Assembly (NCBI GenBank): GCA_964270895.1 | Contig: OZ185435.1 | Strand: one strand, 5' to 3' | Length of the DNA stretch: 64,000 nt | From: Podarcis filfolensis | Lineage: Eukaryota | Shown here: piece by piece, positions 13,639 to 25,921 of the stretch | Layout: every line of letters starts with the position of its first letter | Numbering within the stretch: the stretch's first letter is position 1 | The notes under the pieces: model-generated | Database searches by the model: none | Seen by the model: only the letters and a program-made list of their open reading frames with translations | What the model was told of the DNA's origin: nothing | Made by a program: the position numbers and the translations under genes

Positions 13639-16600
13639 TTCAGTTTATATTTCAGTTTTCTACATATAGCATCCAAGGTGGCTAACAACAATCATAACAA
13701 AAATAAAATAAATCAGTTTTTTAAAGAACAACCAGTAATAGTAAGATAAAAATAACGAGAACACATAAAAATTGTAAAGATGAGAAATAAACCCGAAGTA
13801 AAACATCAACAGGTTAAAGGCCTTTAAAAAAAAAAAAAGGTATTTGCCTAATGGCTGACTAACCCCCTAGAGAAGACTAGGCAGGAATTTCAAAGGTGCA
13901 CCAGTCTCAGCTATGCAAAACCACTACTTGCCACTGCTGAAATCTGGGCATCCAGGCTCATTGACAGAACCAGGCTGAATCTCTATTCCCTGATCTGACA
14001 TTCTAGGAAGCACTAAATTTTTGACACCTCAGTTTTGTACTGTAATCTTTCATGTCATGGTATTCTTAGACCTCTGTTTTTGATCTGGTTTGCAGATGAA
14101 AGACTAAGCAGTCAAAGATGCTATAAAGGGACAGAACTGGGAATAGTCAGAAGTAGCTGTGTGGGGGGTTGGGGGGAACAGACATATTTGGTGGCAGCCC
14201 AAGCAAAGTCTTTCGTTTGAAGAAAGTGGAAAACTACTGGGCAGGACAGTTTGGAGAAACAAACAACTAGATGATATGGTAGATAATGGTAGAAGGCACA
14301 CCCTTAATTATCTCTCTCTGCCTTAGCATAAGAGAATGTGAAAAACCAGCCACCTATTTTATTAAGTATTCTACAGAGAGAGTCAGCCCCCATGCACATT
14401 ACACATCCTTTATATCCAGTTACTCAAAGTTTCAACTCATTGCCTTAACATCCAAGCCAATGGCATGTACTGTTGAAAACAGAAAACTTTCCTAAAGAGA
14501 AAGGGAAGGGGAAAAAACAATTTCAGATATTTCCAAGCACCATTATGTTAAAATGCAACCACATGTAGGCATTCTAGAGCTCTCCAGACTTTCTACTGTA
14601 TCAGCAAAAGTTGAGTTGAGTAAGCACCAGGTATTGGTTGGTGGCAGTCCACTCTTCCTCTAATCCTAAGAGCAAGGGCAATTTGGTAATGGATTTGAGA
14701 CCATTCATCGTCTCAGATGCTCTAAAGTAAAAGGGAAACCCATTTGGATCTAGACTGGAAACGAACAACAGGCCAAAATCAATATAAATTCCAATTTCAC
14801 TAAGTGATTTTGATTATGACTCATCCCACAGGAAGCCAAATCCAGCCGCTTTATGACAGGGCAGTGATATATTTAAACCCAGCTCTTTCCAGGGAAAGCT
14901 ATAGCTGTAATAATTCACAGGTTAATAATCAATTGACTTTTAAAGTATTCAGCTGAACAAATAAAATGTGTTTTCACCATGGGCTTGCTGTAAAGCATTG
15001 GAGTGAGAAAGGCTTCCCAATAACGTTAAAGAAACTCTAAAGAAACTCTAATGAACCACAGCTGTTAACATCTCTTTTGAAACAGTTTGAAAGTTCACTC
15101 CTAAATCCATGCACACTTTGTTTGGGCTTTAGATTACTCTGCCCAAGTTTGTAGATGGTTGGAGCACACTATGGAAATAGCATGACTCATTCTGCATCTT
15201 TTAAAGCAATAATTCCTTTAAAATGAAATTTTGAGGGAATATTTTAAGGCAGATAATATATATTGGTATATAGATAGTTTTCCAAGCAAGAATAAGAATT
15301 AAAATCAGAAAGGGAAAGGTTCAGAATGAGTTACAGATACAAACAAGTGCCATAGATTTCCCTAAGAGTCTTATGACCACTGTAATGTCTTCCATGTGGA
15401 GCTGCCCCTGAAGACAGTCTGGAAGCTTCAACATAGTTTTAAATGTGAAAACATTTTCAACAGGTGATTGTATTACACTAATCATATTACTCCAGTGTTA
15501 CAAAAAAGGCTGTTAGTTGTCAATATGTTACAAGGGTGTAAATGTTTCTATTCCTCTGCTTCCCCGTCTCCTCTTAGTTGCCAGCCAAGGTCATGATACA
15601 TCAGGGGCAGTTTCAACAACTGTCTCTGATTGGCAGCAAGAGCCAGCAAAATGGAAGTTTAGGCCTTACAAATCCTTTCAGCATTTGAAGCACTAGAAAC
15701 CGCAACAACTGAACCACTTTTAAAATTTTTAAAATTGCCTGAAGTTTAAGAAATTTTGCAGCGCTCCTGACTAGTGATAAGACCATGGGGAGAAAAAGTG
15801 CAGATAATAGAGGAGCCCCTTTGGTTGATTACTGGAAGCCCTGTCCACAGTGCCTCTGATTTTCTGATGTGTTTTGAACACCTCCAACAACCAACACCAT
15901 TTGCTGATAGCTTGAAAATCACTTTATAGAGTAAAACCTGATATTTTAGCGTTCTCACATTGTCTTCTAGAATTTATACTGCTTGGGAGCACATGATCAC
16001 ACTAGCTTGTTGAGAAAGCTATGAAGTATGAGGCTGGGCAGTGGTGCATAGCAAACGGAAACCAAGTGGAACTTGAGTGAAGCAACCACACAACCACTTT
16101 ATGGCTGCTGGACGATTCATGGATCAGTGGATCTTGCCAATTTACCTGATACTTCAAATTTTCCACATCCATTGGCCCACACAAGCAGCCTCATATATAT
16201 TTATTTTATTAATAATTTTAAACACATTTATATACTACTTTTTTGCTTCAATAGGAGGCACTCAAGGCAGCATGTGACAAAATAAAATCCATTCTGTCAT
16301 ATGGACAGTGCTGTCCTATTTCCAGAAACAAACTCTAGACATTTTTCTGGTTATGTTTGCTAAGTAATGAAAGAAACCTACTTCAAACACACACACACAC
16401 ACACACCCAGCAATCTGGCTTCTTCCAGCTCCCCACTCTACAGTAACATGTGTCTAGTTCTCAACAATCTTTTTTTTTTATTACCAGTAACAAAATGTTC
16501 CATTTCTGTGTATCAGAGAATGCTATGGGTTATTAACATTTGTATGAATATTTGCAGTTTCACAGCAACTGTGTTCAGTACTTTACCTCACTGAAAATAC

Positions 16601-16744
16601 TTTCTGAATACTTGTTCCACTAGGACAACTTTGCTCATAATAAGAAGAGAACATATCCTACTGGGCAGAACGGAACAATGCATCTCAACCAAATAATGTG
16701 TATGCTTTAAAAACAATGAAATGGTTTCTCAGAAAAGTGCACTA

Positions 16745-17442
16745 TAGAATCATAGAATTGGAAGTGTCAGGGAACTGTCATCGGAAGAACAGGTGGTGGA
16801 GGGGCTCCCAGAGGTTGAGAGAGACTTATCAGCGGAGGAGGGAACCAGCAGGGGGCGAGAAAGAGCTCCAAGGGAAAGCGAGTCAGAAGAATGGCTCAGA
16901 GACAATTCCAGCGAGAACAGCGAGGAGGTTTCAGGACCTCCTATAGGGACACCCACTCCTCGCCGGAAATTGTCACGTAGAGAGTCCAGAAGACGTGTTT
17001 CCGTTAAGGAGCTGTTATGCTGGAAGAAATTCCGTAAACGCCCACTGTCGGATTCTGCCAGCGACTGACGGAGCCATGCTTATGGCGCTCCGTTACAGAC
17101 AGTGGTTTGTGGACTTAGCCAAACACTGAGGGACTAGGAACTTTACGCACAAGCAGCTCAACATCCCATCACAGGAAGGGACCCCAAGGTTCACCTAGTC
17201 CGACCCCCTGCAATGCAGGAATCTCAACCAAATCATACATGACAAATGGCCATCCAACCTCTGCTTAAAAACCTCCAATGGAGGAGAGTCCACCTCTAAT
17301 GGGAGTCTGTTCTGCTGATGAACAGCACTTTACTTCAGAAAGTTATTCCTGATGTTTAGTTGGAATCTCCTTTCTTATAACTTGAATCCATTGGTTTGGG
17401 TCCTACCCTCCAGAGAAGTAGAAAACAAGCTTGCTCCATCTT
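16745..17442 (-). mobile_element. CR1 LINE 3' fragment, split by the solo LTR (16745-16764 and 17174-17442)
   Basis: Reverse complement of the (ATTCTATG) tail followed by typical squamate CR1 3' sequence (gatggccatccaacctctgcttaaaaacctcca...gaatccattggtttgggtcctaccctcc). Confidence 0.8.
16765..17173 (+). mobile_element. Solo LTR (409 bp, TG...CA, 5-bp TSD GGAAG) nested in a CR1 3' end
   Basis: Begins TGTCAGGGA and ends CCCATCACA; GGAAG at 16760-16764 and 17174-17178. Excising it restores the CR1 tail tagaatcatagaattggaagggaccccaagg. Orientation is inferred from its long ORF; no canonical AATAAA seen. Confidence 0.85.
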
Positions 17443-17478
17443 GAAAGTGTCCATACTAAGCATCCTCAAATATTTCTT

Positions 17479-18624
17479 TTTTATATAAATAATAATAATT
17501 ATTTTTTTTATTAATAACAATCCAATGGAGGCCACATTAATACAATCCCATGTTCTGGCTATCAGGAGTTGATGTTATTCCTTGGTCCTGCGCCAATTCT
17601 CTTAATTAGTCCAAATACAACAATTCCAATCTTGATCCTTTATTTTAACAGCCACTGGTGTGATGATTTTCATTCGTATTTAGCAAATCCATATCCATTA
17701 ACTTGCAAAGGGAATTTAATTCTTGCAGTTTTCTGTGTGAAATATTTGTTTACATTCTTCTTTTCCTTCATGTTGTAGTCAATCAATCCTCTTCAACATT
17801 GCCCCTCCCGAGAGAACTTAATTCTCATTACACCACAGCTTCCATTTTGCCTTTCTAAAACCGAAAGTATTCCAGCATCCGGCCGTGACTCCTGGTTTAC
17901 TTCCAGCTTTTATCTCCTTTAATCCTTTCCAATCTACTAACAAGTTGGTGTCTCACCAAAACCATAATAAATCAGAGTTAGAGCCCTCTTTAGTAGGCAA
18001 TGTCACAAATCATCACAGCATTTCACACAGTCTATTCTTTCCAGTACTCCGTAAAGAAAATTATAGTTCTTGTTGAATCCCTCTTGCATTCCATATATAG
18101 TTGTAATCCATTAGTAATTTTATTCCATTAGTAATTAATTAATTAATTCTTCTTCAGAGAAGGCTTGCTGAATCATAGCAAAGCAAATATAATGTAAAAA
18201 GAGAACAAAGGCTTCCCCTTCACTTACATAGCAATCTAATTACGACGAGAGGCCTCTCCAGATCAAAACATTGACACTCATTGGCTGATTCATTTAGCAG
18301 GTTATTTTTCTCCTTCATCCAGAGCACATCTGTTTCTTAAGTCCAAATTCAGATCCATCTTAAAAGAAACAGAAGTACCTCCGCTCTTGGCGACCGCGTT
18401 GGGAGGTTTCCAATACGTGCAGTGCTATGCACTCTGTGTCCCTGCCCCGCATTCCATCAGAGCGAGAGGCAGTTATTGGGCAATCCGCGAGTGAAAGCTC
18501 CACCCCCAACCCTGGGGGCGGGGCTTGCAAGGATAATTACTCCCAGATTATCCTTAATTTACTGCATGGCTGGTGTCCGCTATCGTGGGATCTGCAGTTC
18601 GCCATGGCGGCAGCGTCAGAAGTC
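17479..18624 (-). mobile_element. Non-autonomous L1-type retroelement, about 1.15 kb, CpG-rich 5' end, AATAAA plus A-rich tail, TSD
   Basis: Direct repeat caaatatttctt at 17467-17478 and 18630-18641, extending to catcc(t)caaatatttctt with one indel. Minus-strand AATAAA at 17507-17512. CpG/GC-box-rich 5' end at 18390-18624. No sense ORF of 60 aa or more inside the element. Confidence 0.72.
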
Positions 18625-19279
18625 CATCCCAAATATTTCTTATCAAAATGACAATAAGGAAGAAAGTATGTAAAGCTGAAAGGGAGGGGCTCAAGTGCCA
18701 TTGTCCACAGTGATAAATTTAAGGTTGGTTTACAAAAGCAGTTAGATGGATTGAGGAGCTTTAGACTTAATTTTCCAAGCATGAAGGGCTTCAATCAGGT
18801 CTGTCACCCATATCAAGCTGTTGAATGATGGAAAGCTGGACAGAAGAGGACCATGAGCAACACAAAATACCAATGCCCTGATCCAATTCAAGATTCCTTT
18901 GGGTACTTGAGCTGTTACCCGTGGTACTGTCTACTGCACAATTTAATATGTCCTACACAAAAAGAGGTCTAGATACCTGCTTTTGAAAACTAAACTTTCT
19001 CATGGTCTCAGCCTCTGTATTAGATATCAAAGTCCATGCTTACATCAGAAACATAACTATGCATGCAACATCTGCAGATCAAGATATTACTTTCTAGTGG
19101 AGATCCTATAGAATGAGCAACAAAAGTTTTTTCAAATAAAATATATGTGGAAGCTGCCAATTCATGTTGTTTTTGAGAAAAAACTAAGCTAAATACCACC
19201 TAGGGAGTTTAACACTTTCAATATGTCGCAGCTCAGCATGTCTTCCAGAAACATTTAAGCCAACAAAAAAAACAGACTA

Positions 19280-19591
<312 letters not shown>

Positions 19592-21266
19592 TTATTGTAG
19601 ATAAACCCATTCACATTTACAGATGCCTTGTGAAGCACCAAGAAATCAGTTTGCTAGTTGCTCAAATCTAACGTATCTGCAGCTGGTGTCTGGATAGGAA
19701 ATGTGTTGTGTAGCTACCAAAATGTTATTCTTCCAGCTGCAGCTTCTCTTCCCCATGGCCGTCTGAAGCAACAGTTTTGCAGTGAGTAATTGCTCTCAGC
19801 CTTTTAGGGATGCAATGTTTAACTAAAGAATACGGATTACTTTTTAAAATTAAGGTGAAGAAAAAGCCCTTTCTGTCTCTTGTACACCACTGATTTTATT
19901 AGAAAGAGAGAGCACAGAATTACTGAAATTCACAGTAAATATCCTTTTGATTTTGGCACACATTATAAGAGAAGATTATACTTCTCTTTCACACCACATA
20001 GCAGAAAAGAAAGAGACAGAGCCAAAGAAAAATTAACCTTTTTTATGTTCTGAACTCAGGCTCGTGGGTTCAATGTGACCATTTATGTGTTGCTTTGTTC
20101 AATGCTAAGGACAAGAGTCTTGGTTTGCAGTCAAGAGGAGATACACTCTGCCCACCACATGCTCCCAAAAGTTTTCTTAGGATCCAGACTCCAAGTAAAG
20201 GACCATAAAAAGCATAGTATATAGAAAGGTTCTACATTCAAACCCAGTTAAAATTTCCCTGTGATTTAGGGAAATAAATCCACCCAGCAAAAACATTAAT
20301 GAATCACTATTTTACCTAAGACAATACATTCAAAGCAACAGAAAAAGTAATTCTGTTAATACCAGCATTTTAAGAAATCCCAGTTTTGTCATCGTATATG
20401 TGGCTTAAAACTGTTCGACATGTGGCAAGACAGAAAGGCCAAATCATTCATCACAGGGGAGCCAGCTGCCCTTTGATATCCTAGGCCCGTTACTGATTGC
20501 CACTGATGAGTTATCACAATCAGAAATACACCAGCCGTGTGTGTGATTGAAAATTGTGAATGCAGCCAGATCAAAGACATGTAGCGAAGTCAAGCATACT
20601 AAATGCAGGAAAAGTCCTGAGGACACAACACCATATGCAGGCTAATTATAACAAATGTGTGCTGTATCTGGCATTTAAAAAGAACCTTCCTCCCAAAGGG
20701 GAGGATAGATTACCATGCCCTGAATGTGAAGTTCAAGAGCCATTCTATCTTATTTAGTAATGAAGATGTTATTTTGTTTGGGCCCAGATTTTCTACTGAT
20801 TTTCACTTCCATGCAGTTTTCAATACCGCAGGTTTACAAGACCACATCTCCCAAGATGGCTATGTTTCATATTGCCTCTGCTAGCACTTTAAGCAGCTGG
20901 AGAAGTTGTAAGTGAAAAAAGATCCCCTAGATAGGCAGGAACATTCCCTTACCTCCATTGTGTAACTAACTGGGCTGTTAGTTAGTTTAGAATTAACTAA
21001 CTGGGCTGAAGTATAAACTGCATAAGCTCTCTGTATTACTCCCAAGCACAAATCCCATGGAAACAGGGCAGGTATGGAACAGCAGAAACATCTTTCTGAT
21101 TTGAACTTTACCCAGCTTCAGTGTTTGTGTGTACTCGAATAGTGCTAGGCTTCACTTAATTTCTCTTGGTTGTTTTATTTCCTCAAGAATACCTCTTGTA
21201 GATGTGAAAGCATGCTAACATGAGCCTTAAGGGATAAAACTGGAAAGTACAAATAAATGTATGTCA

Positions 21267-21581
<315 letters not shown>

Positions 21582-22181
21582 TCACAGCCCAGCAGATTTA
21601 ACTGGTTATTATATAAGATACAATGGTATTTGGAAGCAAGACATGTTTTTCAGAAGTGCATAAAATATATATAATGTTTATGATATTGCATAAAGCAAAA
21701 TGATGTAATATTTATTATACCAGAATCTTAGAGGTAAGATTGGACTGGAAGTTGTGGGTAATTGAAGAAATTGCCCAAATTGGGTATTTTCAAACATCAC
21801 AAAATCAGTACAATTTAGCTGCCTATGAGAATAAATTATTATTTTATTAATATTATTATTTATTGAATTTATATACCGCCCTATACCTGGAGGTCTCAGA
21901 GCCATTCACAGAAAAGATAAATGGATCTTCCTTAGGATAATTCTATTTTGCGAGAAGCTTACCTTCACATAAGTGGACATAGGGGATTGCAGCCTAATTA
22001 TATTATCCAAGGTTTTAATGGAATGATAATAATTTTTTTTTTGTGTGTGTATATAATAGGGTTGTAGATTTTAGCTGCTTTATAATTTTATTATGTGCAC
22101 TGCTTAGAGAGCTCTTTAATTAAGTGGTTTATAAATATTTCTAAAGTAATAAATGGGGCTGATGAAGTGGAGACACTACAG

Positions 22182-22320
22182 CAGGGGTAGCCAGTATGGT
22201 GTTCTCCCCAACATTGTTGGATTCTACCTCACATCATCCCTGATCATTAGACATGCTGGCTGGGGCTGATGGGAGCTGGAGTCCAGCAAAATCGAGAGGG
22301 CACCATGTTGGCTAACCCTG
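22182..22320. mobile_element. Foldback MITE of the same abundant squamate family, diverged
   Basis: caggggtagcca...tggctaaccctg ends; internal catcatccctgatcatt...ggggctgatgggag. Related copies at about 1372-1492, 27920-28032 and 49617-49685. Confidence 0.65.
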
Positions 22321-22646
22321 GCCTATTCTTGTTTTATGAATTCATTGTTTCTCACCATGTGGATAGTGGTATCTGATTGGTGAGCACTGGTGGAGTTTCT
22401 AGGGTTATTGTACACATTTGCTTGGAGTAAAAGGGAAGGGTAAGTTGGAGGAGGGAAGCGATGACGAATGGAGCAAGCAACAACAATCTACAGCAACAAC
22501 AAATTCACTCCTCTAACCATGTGTTGTAGCCAAGGTTTGTTATTGGCTGTTCTTTGTGGTTAGTAGGGAAAGAGCTTCAGCACGAGTCCAGGTACAGAAA
22601 ACACACTAAGGACATAGCTCAGCCCATGACCTGAGTCCTACAGATG

Positions 22647-23214
22647 TGTCATGGTGGTCTGATCCTGAGGAAGAATGGGAGAAGCTCAGAGAGCTGGACA
22701 ACCCTGAGGAAGGTATTAGTGAGAAGGAGGACTCCAAGGAGTGTCAGAATCCAGAAGCAGCTGGTAATGCGGAGGATGGAGAGTAAGATCCAGGGGAGAG
22801 TCCTGGCAGATTAGCAGAGAAGTGTTCTGCTCCAGAGCCACTGGGCACCCCATGTCAGATCCCTCCTGTTGTGGCACCTCCTCCTATCAGTGATGAGGTT
22901 CCTTCAGAGAAGGAGGCTACGGAGGGTAAATCAGATGCTGAGTGCCAGCATAGACAGAACTTGCAAGCTGAATCCACCTGGAGGAGTGCCTCTTTGCTTC
23001 TCCAGCCTCAAGACCCTGCTGTTTGTTGCACTTAGTGCTGTGCCCACCCAAACGTGCAGGGGGCATGTCGCTTGTTGGAGCTAATCCTCTTGTACATCTA
23101 CTGCAACATGGAACACTGCCTCGCTTATGTACTCCTCTGATTTAACCATTAAAGTCTTTGGAAGAAAGTGACCTGTGAGTTCAAGTTCTTCATCTGGTAG
23201 TGAGGGCCATGACA
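22647..23214 (+). mobile_element. Solo-LTR-like element (568 bp) with perfect 8-bp inverted termini TGTCATGG...CCATGACA
   Basis: TG...CA ends; ATTAAA at 23148-23153; a frame from 22649 to 23035 with a single internal stop. No clear TSD (agatg versus gtgaa). Confidence 0.65.
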
Positions 23215-23881
23215 GTGAAGTGCAATAGTAAAAAAAAAAGCCTAGGGAACAACAAAGCAGCTGCAAACTCTCCAGGAGCCCACACGTTCTTTCTGTCCCA
23301 GTAAGCTGTAGTTCGACTTGCTATGTCATGTGAGCATTGACAATTTACAGTTCTTGGAAATGCAAGTCAGAATAACAGTAGACAGCAAATGCGTGAGTGC
23401 TGCTTTCAATCAGCATCACTAAACCTGGGGCAGAAATTCATAGAGATGGGATTTCAGAAGGCTGCTTTTACAGATCTTCCATCCCCCCCTGTTTGTTTCT
23501 GTTCTTGTTTTTTAAGGTATTTTATGTTCTCATTTTTATATTGTATTTTTATGTTGTGAACTGCCCTGTGATGTTTGGATGGAGGGTGGTATGCAAATTT
23601 AATAAATAAATAATAGTAATAATAATGGAGAAACAGCTTGAGTTGCAGGAAAAAGAATTCAGGCTCTCACAGGAGGCATGTTACTGACAGTACCGTTGCC
23701 ATAAAAGTCTTCCTTTTCTTCCTTCCTTTTTTAAATGTCTCTCCTGACACAGACAAGGCAGAGTACACACATGCATCCTGATTGAGTACCGTACAGCCAG
23801 CATGAAACATAGCACCCTTGTGCCCACTCAAATTCTGTTCCTATTGAAATCAAATCATTCTTTAATGGCAATGATAAATGA

Positions 23882-23911
23882 ATATATATATCTATATATA
23901 TATATATATAT
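23882..23911. repeat. (AT)n microsatellite, one interruption
   Basis: atatatatatctatatatatatatatatat. Confidence 0.88.
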
Positions 23912-24660
23912 TTAAAACCTCCTTAAATGCTTCACAGTTCAAATGTTGGGTTAAATTAATTGTATGAAGAACAGCTGCTCTAAGATTCATGCTGAGATTC
24001 ATGAGGAGTATTTCCGTAGCAGGGAAGCGAGTAGAGTAGTCTTGCTCCCACAGGGTCCTGATTCCATGGGGCTTATTTCAGTAATTTCAAGGATAAACAT
24101 TTTCAGAATAATAATAATAATAATAAATTCTTTTCCTGCACATGTTATTCTTCCCTGCCAATAATATTTGTTAATACTGTATAGTCCTATCACCTGAACA
24201 TACAAATTCCCTCTTAAACTGCAAACTGCCAAAACTAGGCCCATTATATATATATTCGGTTTGGGTTCTTTCCTTTATTTCTGAGATTATTTTCCCTACT
24301 TGAGGTCTAGTAATTTTCAGTATTACTCTGAAAGTCAACTTTCTGTTTTGATTTGTATCCACAGCTGTCCCCATGAATGTTGAGGTCAGTACTGGAGGGC
24401 CTGCTCTGTGCCCTTTCACCATGAGACAGATAACAGATGGGCACAAGGGACGTTTCTGTTGTGGCACCAAGGTTAGGTAATGCTCTCCTGAAAGAGCATC
24501 CACCTCTGCTCACCTCCTTGAGCTGTCTATGCTAAACTACAGAGTATACATTCTGGTCGCATTGAATAAATGCATATAAGGCTAGGAATTGACTTTCAAA
24601 CATTATCATAAAACAAACAAAAAATTGATCGTCCATCTCTTCCCACCCCAATTTTCCTCA

Positions 24661-24885
<225 letters not shown>

Positions 24886-25921
24886 TCAAAGATGAATGGT
24901 TAAAAATGCAGTGTTGAAAAAGGTAATAAGAAAGAATATTAAACATTCTCAGCTCTAAAAATAGCTGGAAAAGGTTGGAGGAAGTTTTATCCAGGATTCA
25001 CCTCGTTCAGTTGCTGAATGGCTGCATTACAGAATGCCTGCATTACACAGTGAATTGTATGCATCCTTTCATATCTGGTGACATTATGACCTCTGTGCAC
25101 CAACAAGGAGTTGGAGAGAAAGGAGAAGGGAGTGAATGGTGCATAAAGTTTCTTGAAGACTCTGTCTAGTAATAGTCCTTGATTTTATTTCAAGTGAGCC
25201 CAATTCTCCCACCAATACTGCTTCTACTAGCATGCTGTGCACAACACTATTTGCTGAATTCATTCAAGTATCTGCCTATTTTTAGATTGCATCAGAATAA
25301 ACTGTATATTAATATGCAGGGACTTGATATTTCTCATTATTTCCTACTTTTTAAAAAACCCAGAAGCTTTATCATGTGGTCACAACAGGGAGCTCAAAAA
25401 ACAACAAAACCTGAATAATTTCAAAATATATCTCAAAGTAGAGTGAATTAAATTATTACTTCAACAAACATTGCCATTTTTTAATACTATGATAAGCAAA
25501 ACTATTTTTTTTTTAAATCACCACCAGAATAAGAAGGTATGCACTTATCCTATGGTATCAGGTTTTATTATGAACTCAACACCCCCCCCCCAAAAAAAAA
25601 ATATTGGCAGCTGTATGTATGTATGTGTATATATTTATAAATGCAAAGAGATGTGTGTGAGAGATCTTACTTTCCACCATTAAATCTGTATTCATCTGAG
25701 GGGAGGGGAGAAGCATAGCACCATCTATTTTGTTACAACTGTTTGTAGGAGTACCACTAAGGAACACAAATGGAGTGTGTTGAGCAGGCCAAGTCTGCCC
25801 CTGCTGATGTTAATTTTGTATGGGGCAAAGTAGATTGTTCTTCTTCCTGCAAAGCATTGCTAATAGCTCTATAGAATTTAATGGGACCCATGGACACTCA
25901 GAACTCTTATCTGCATGGTCT

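Noticed and set aside
13543-13749. Poly-His ORF (also the poly-Met ORF at 59308-59559)
   Set aside because: Both are products of (CAT)n or (GAT)n microsatellites.
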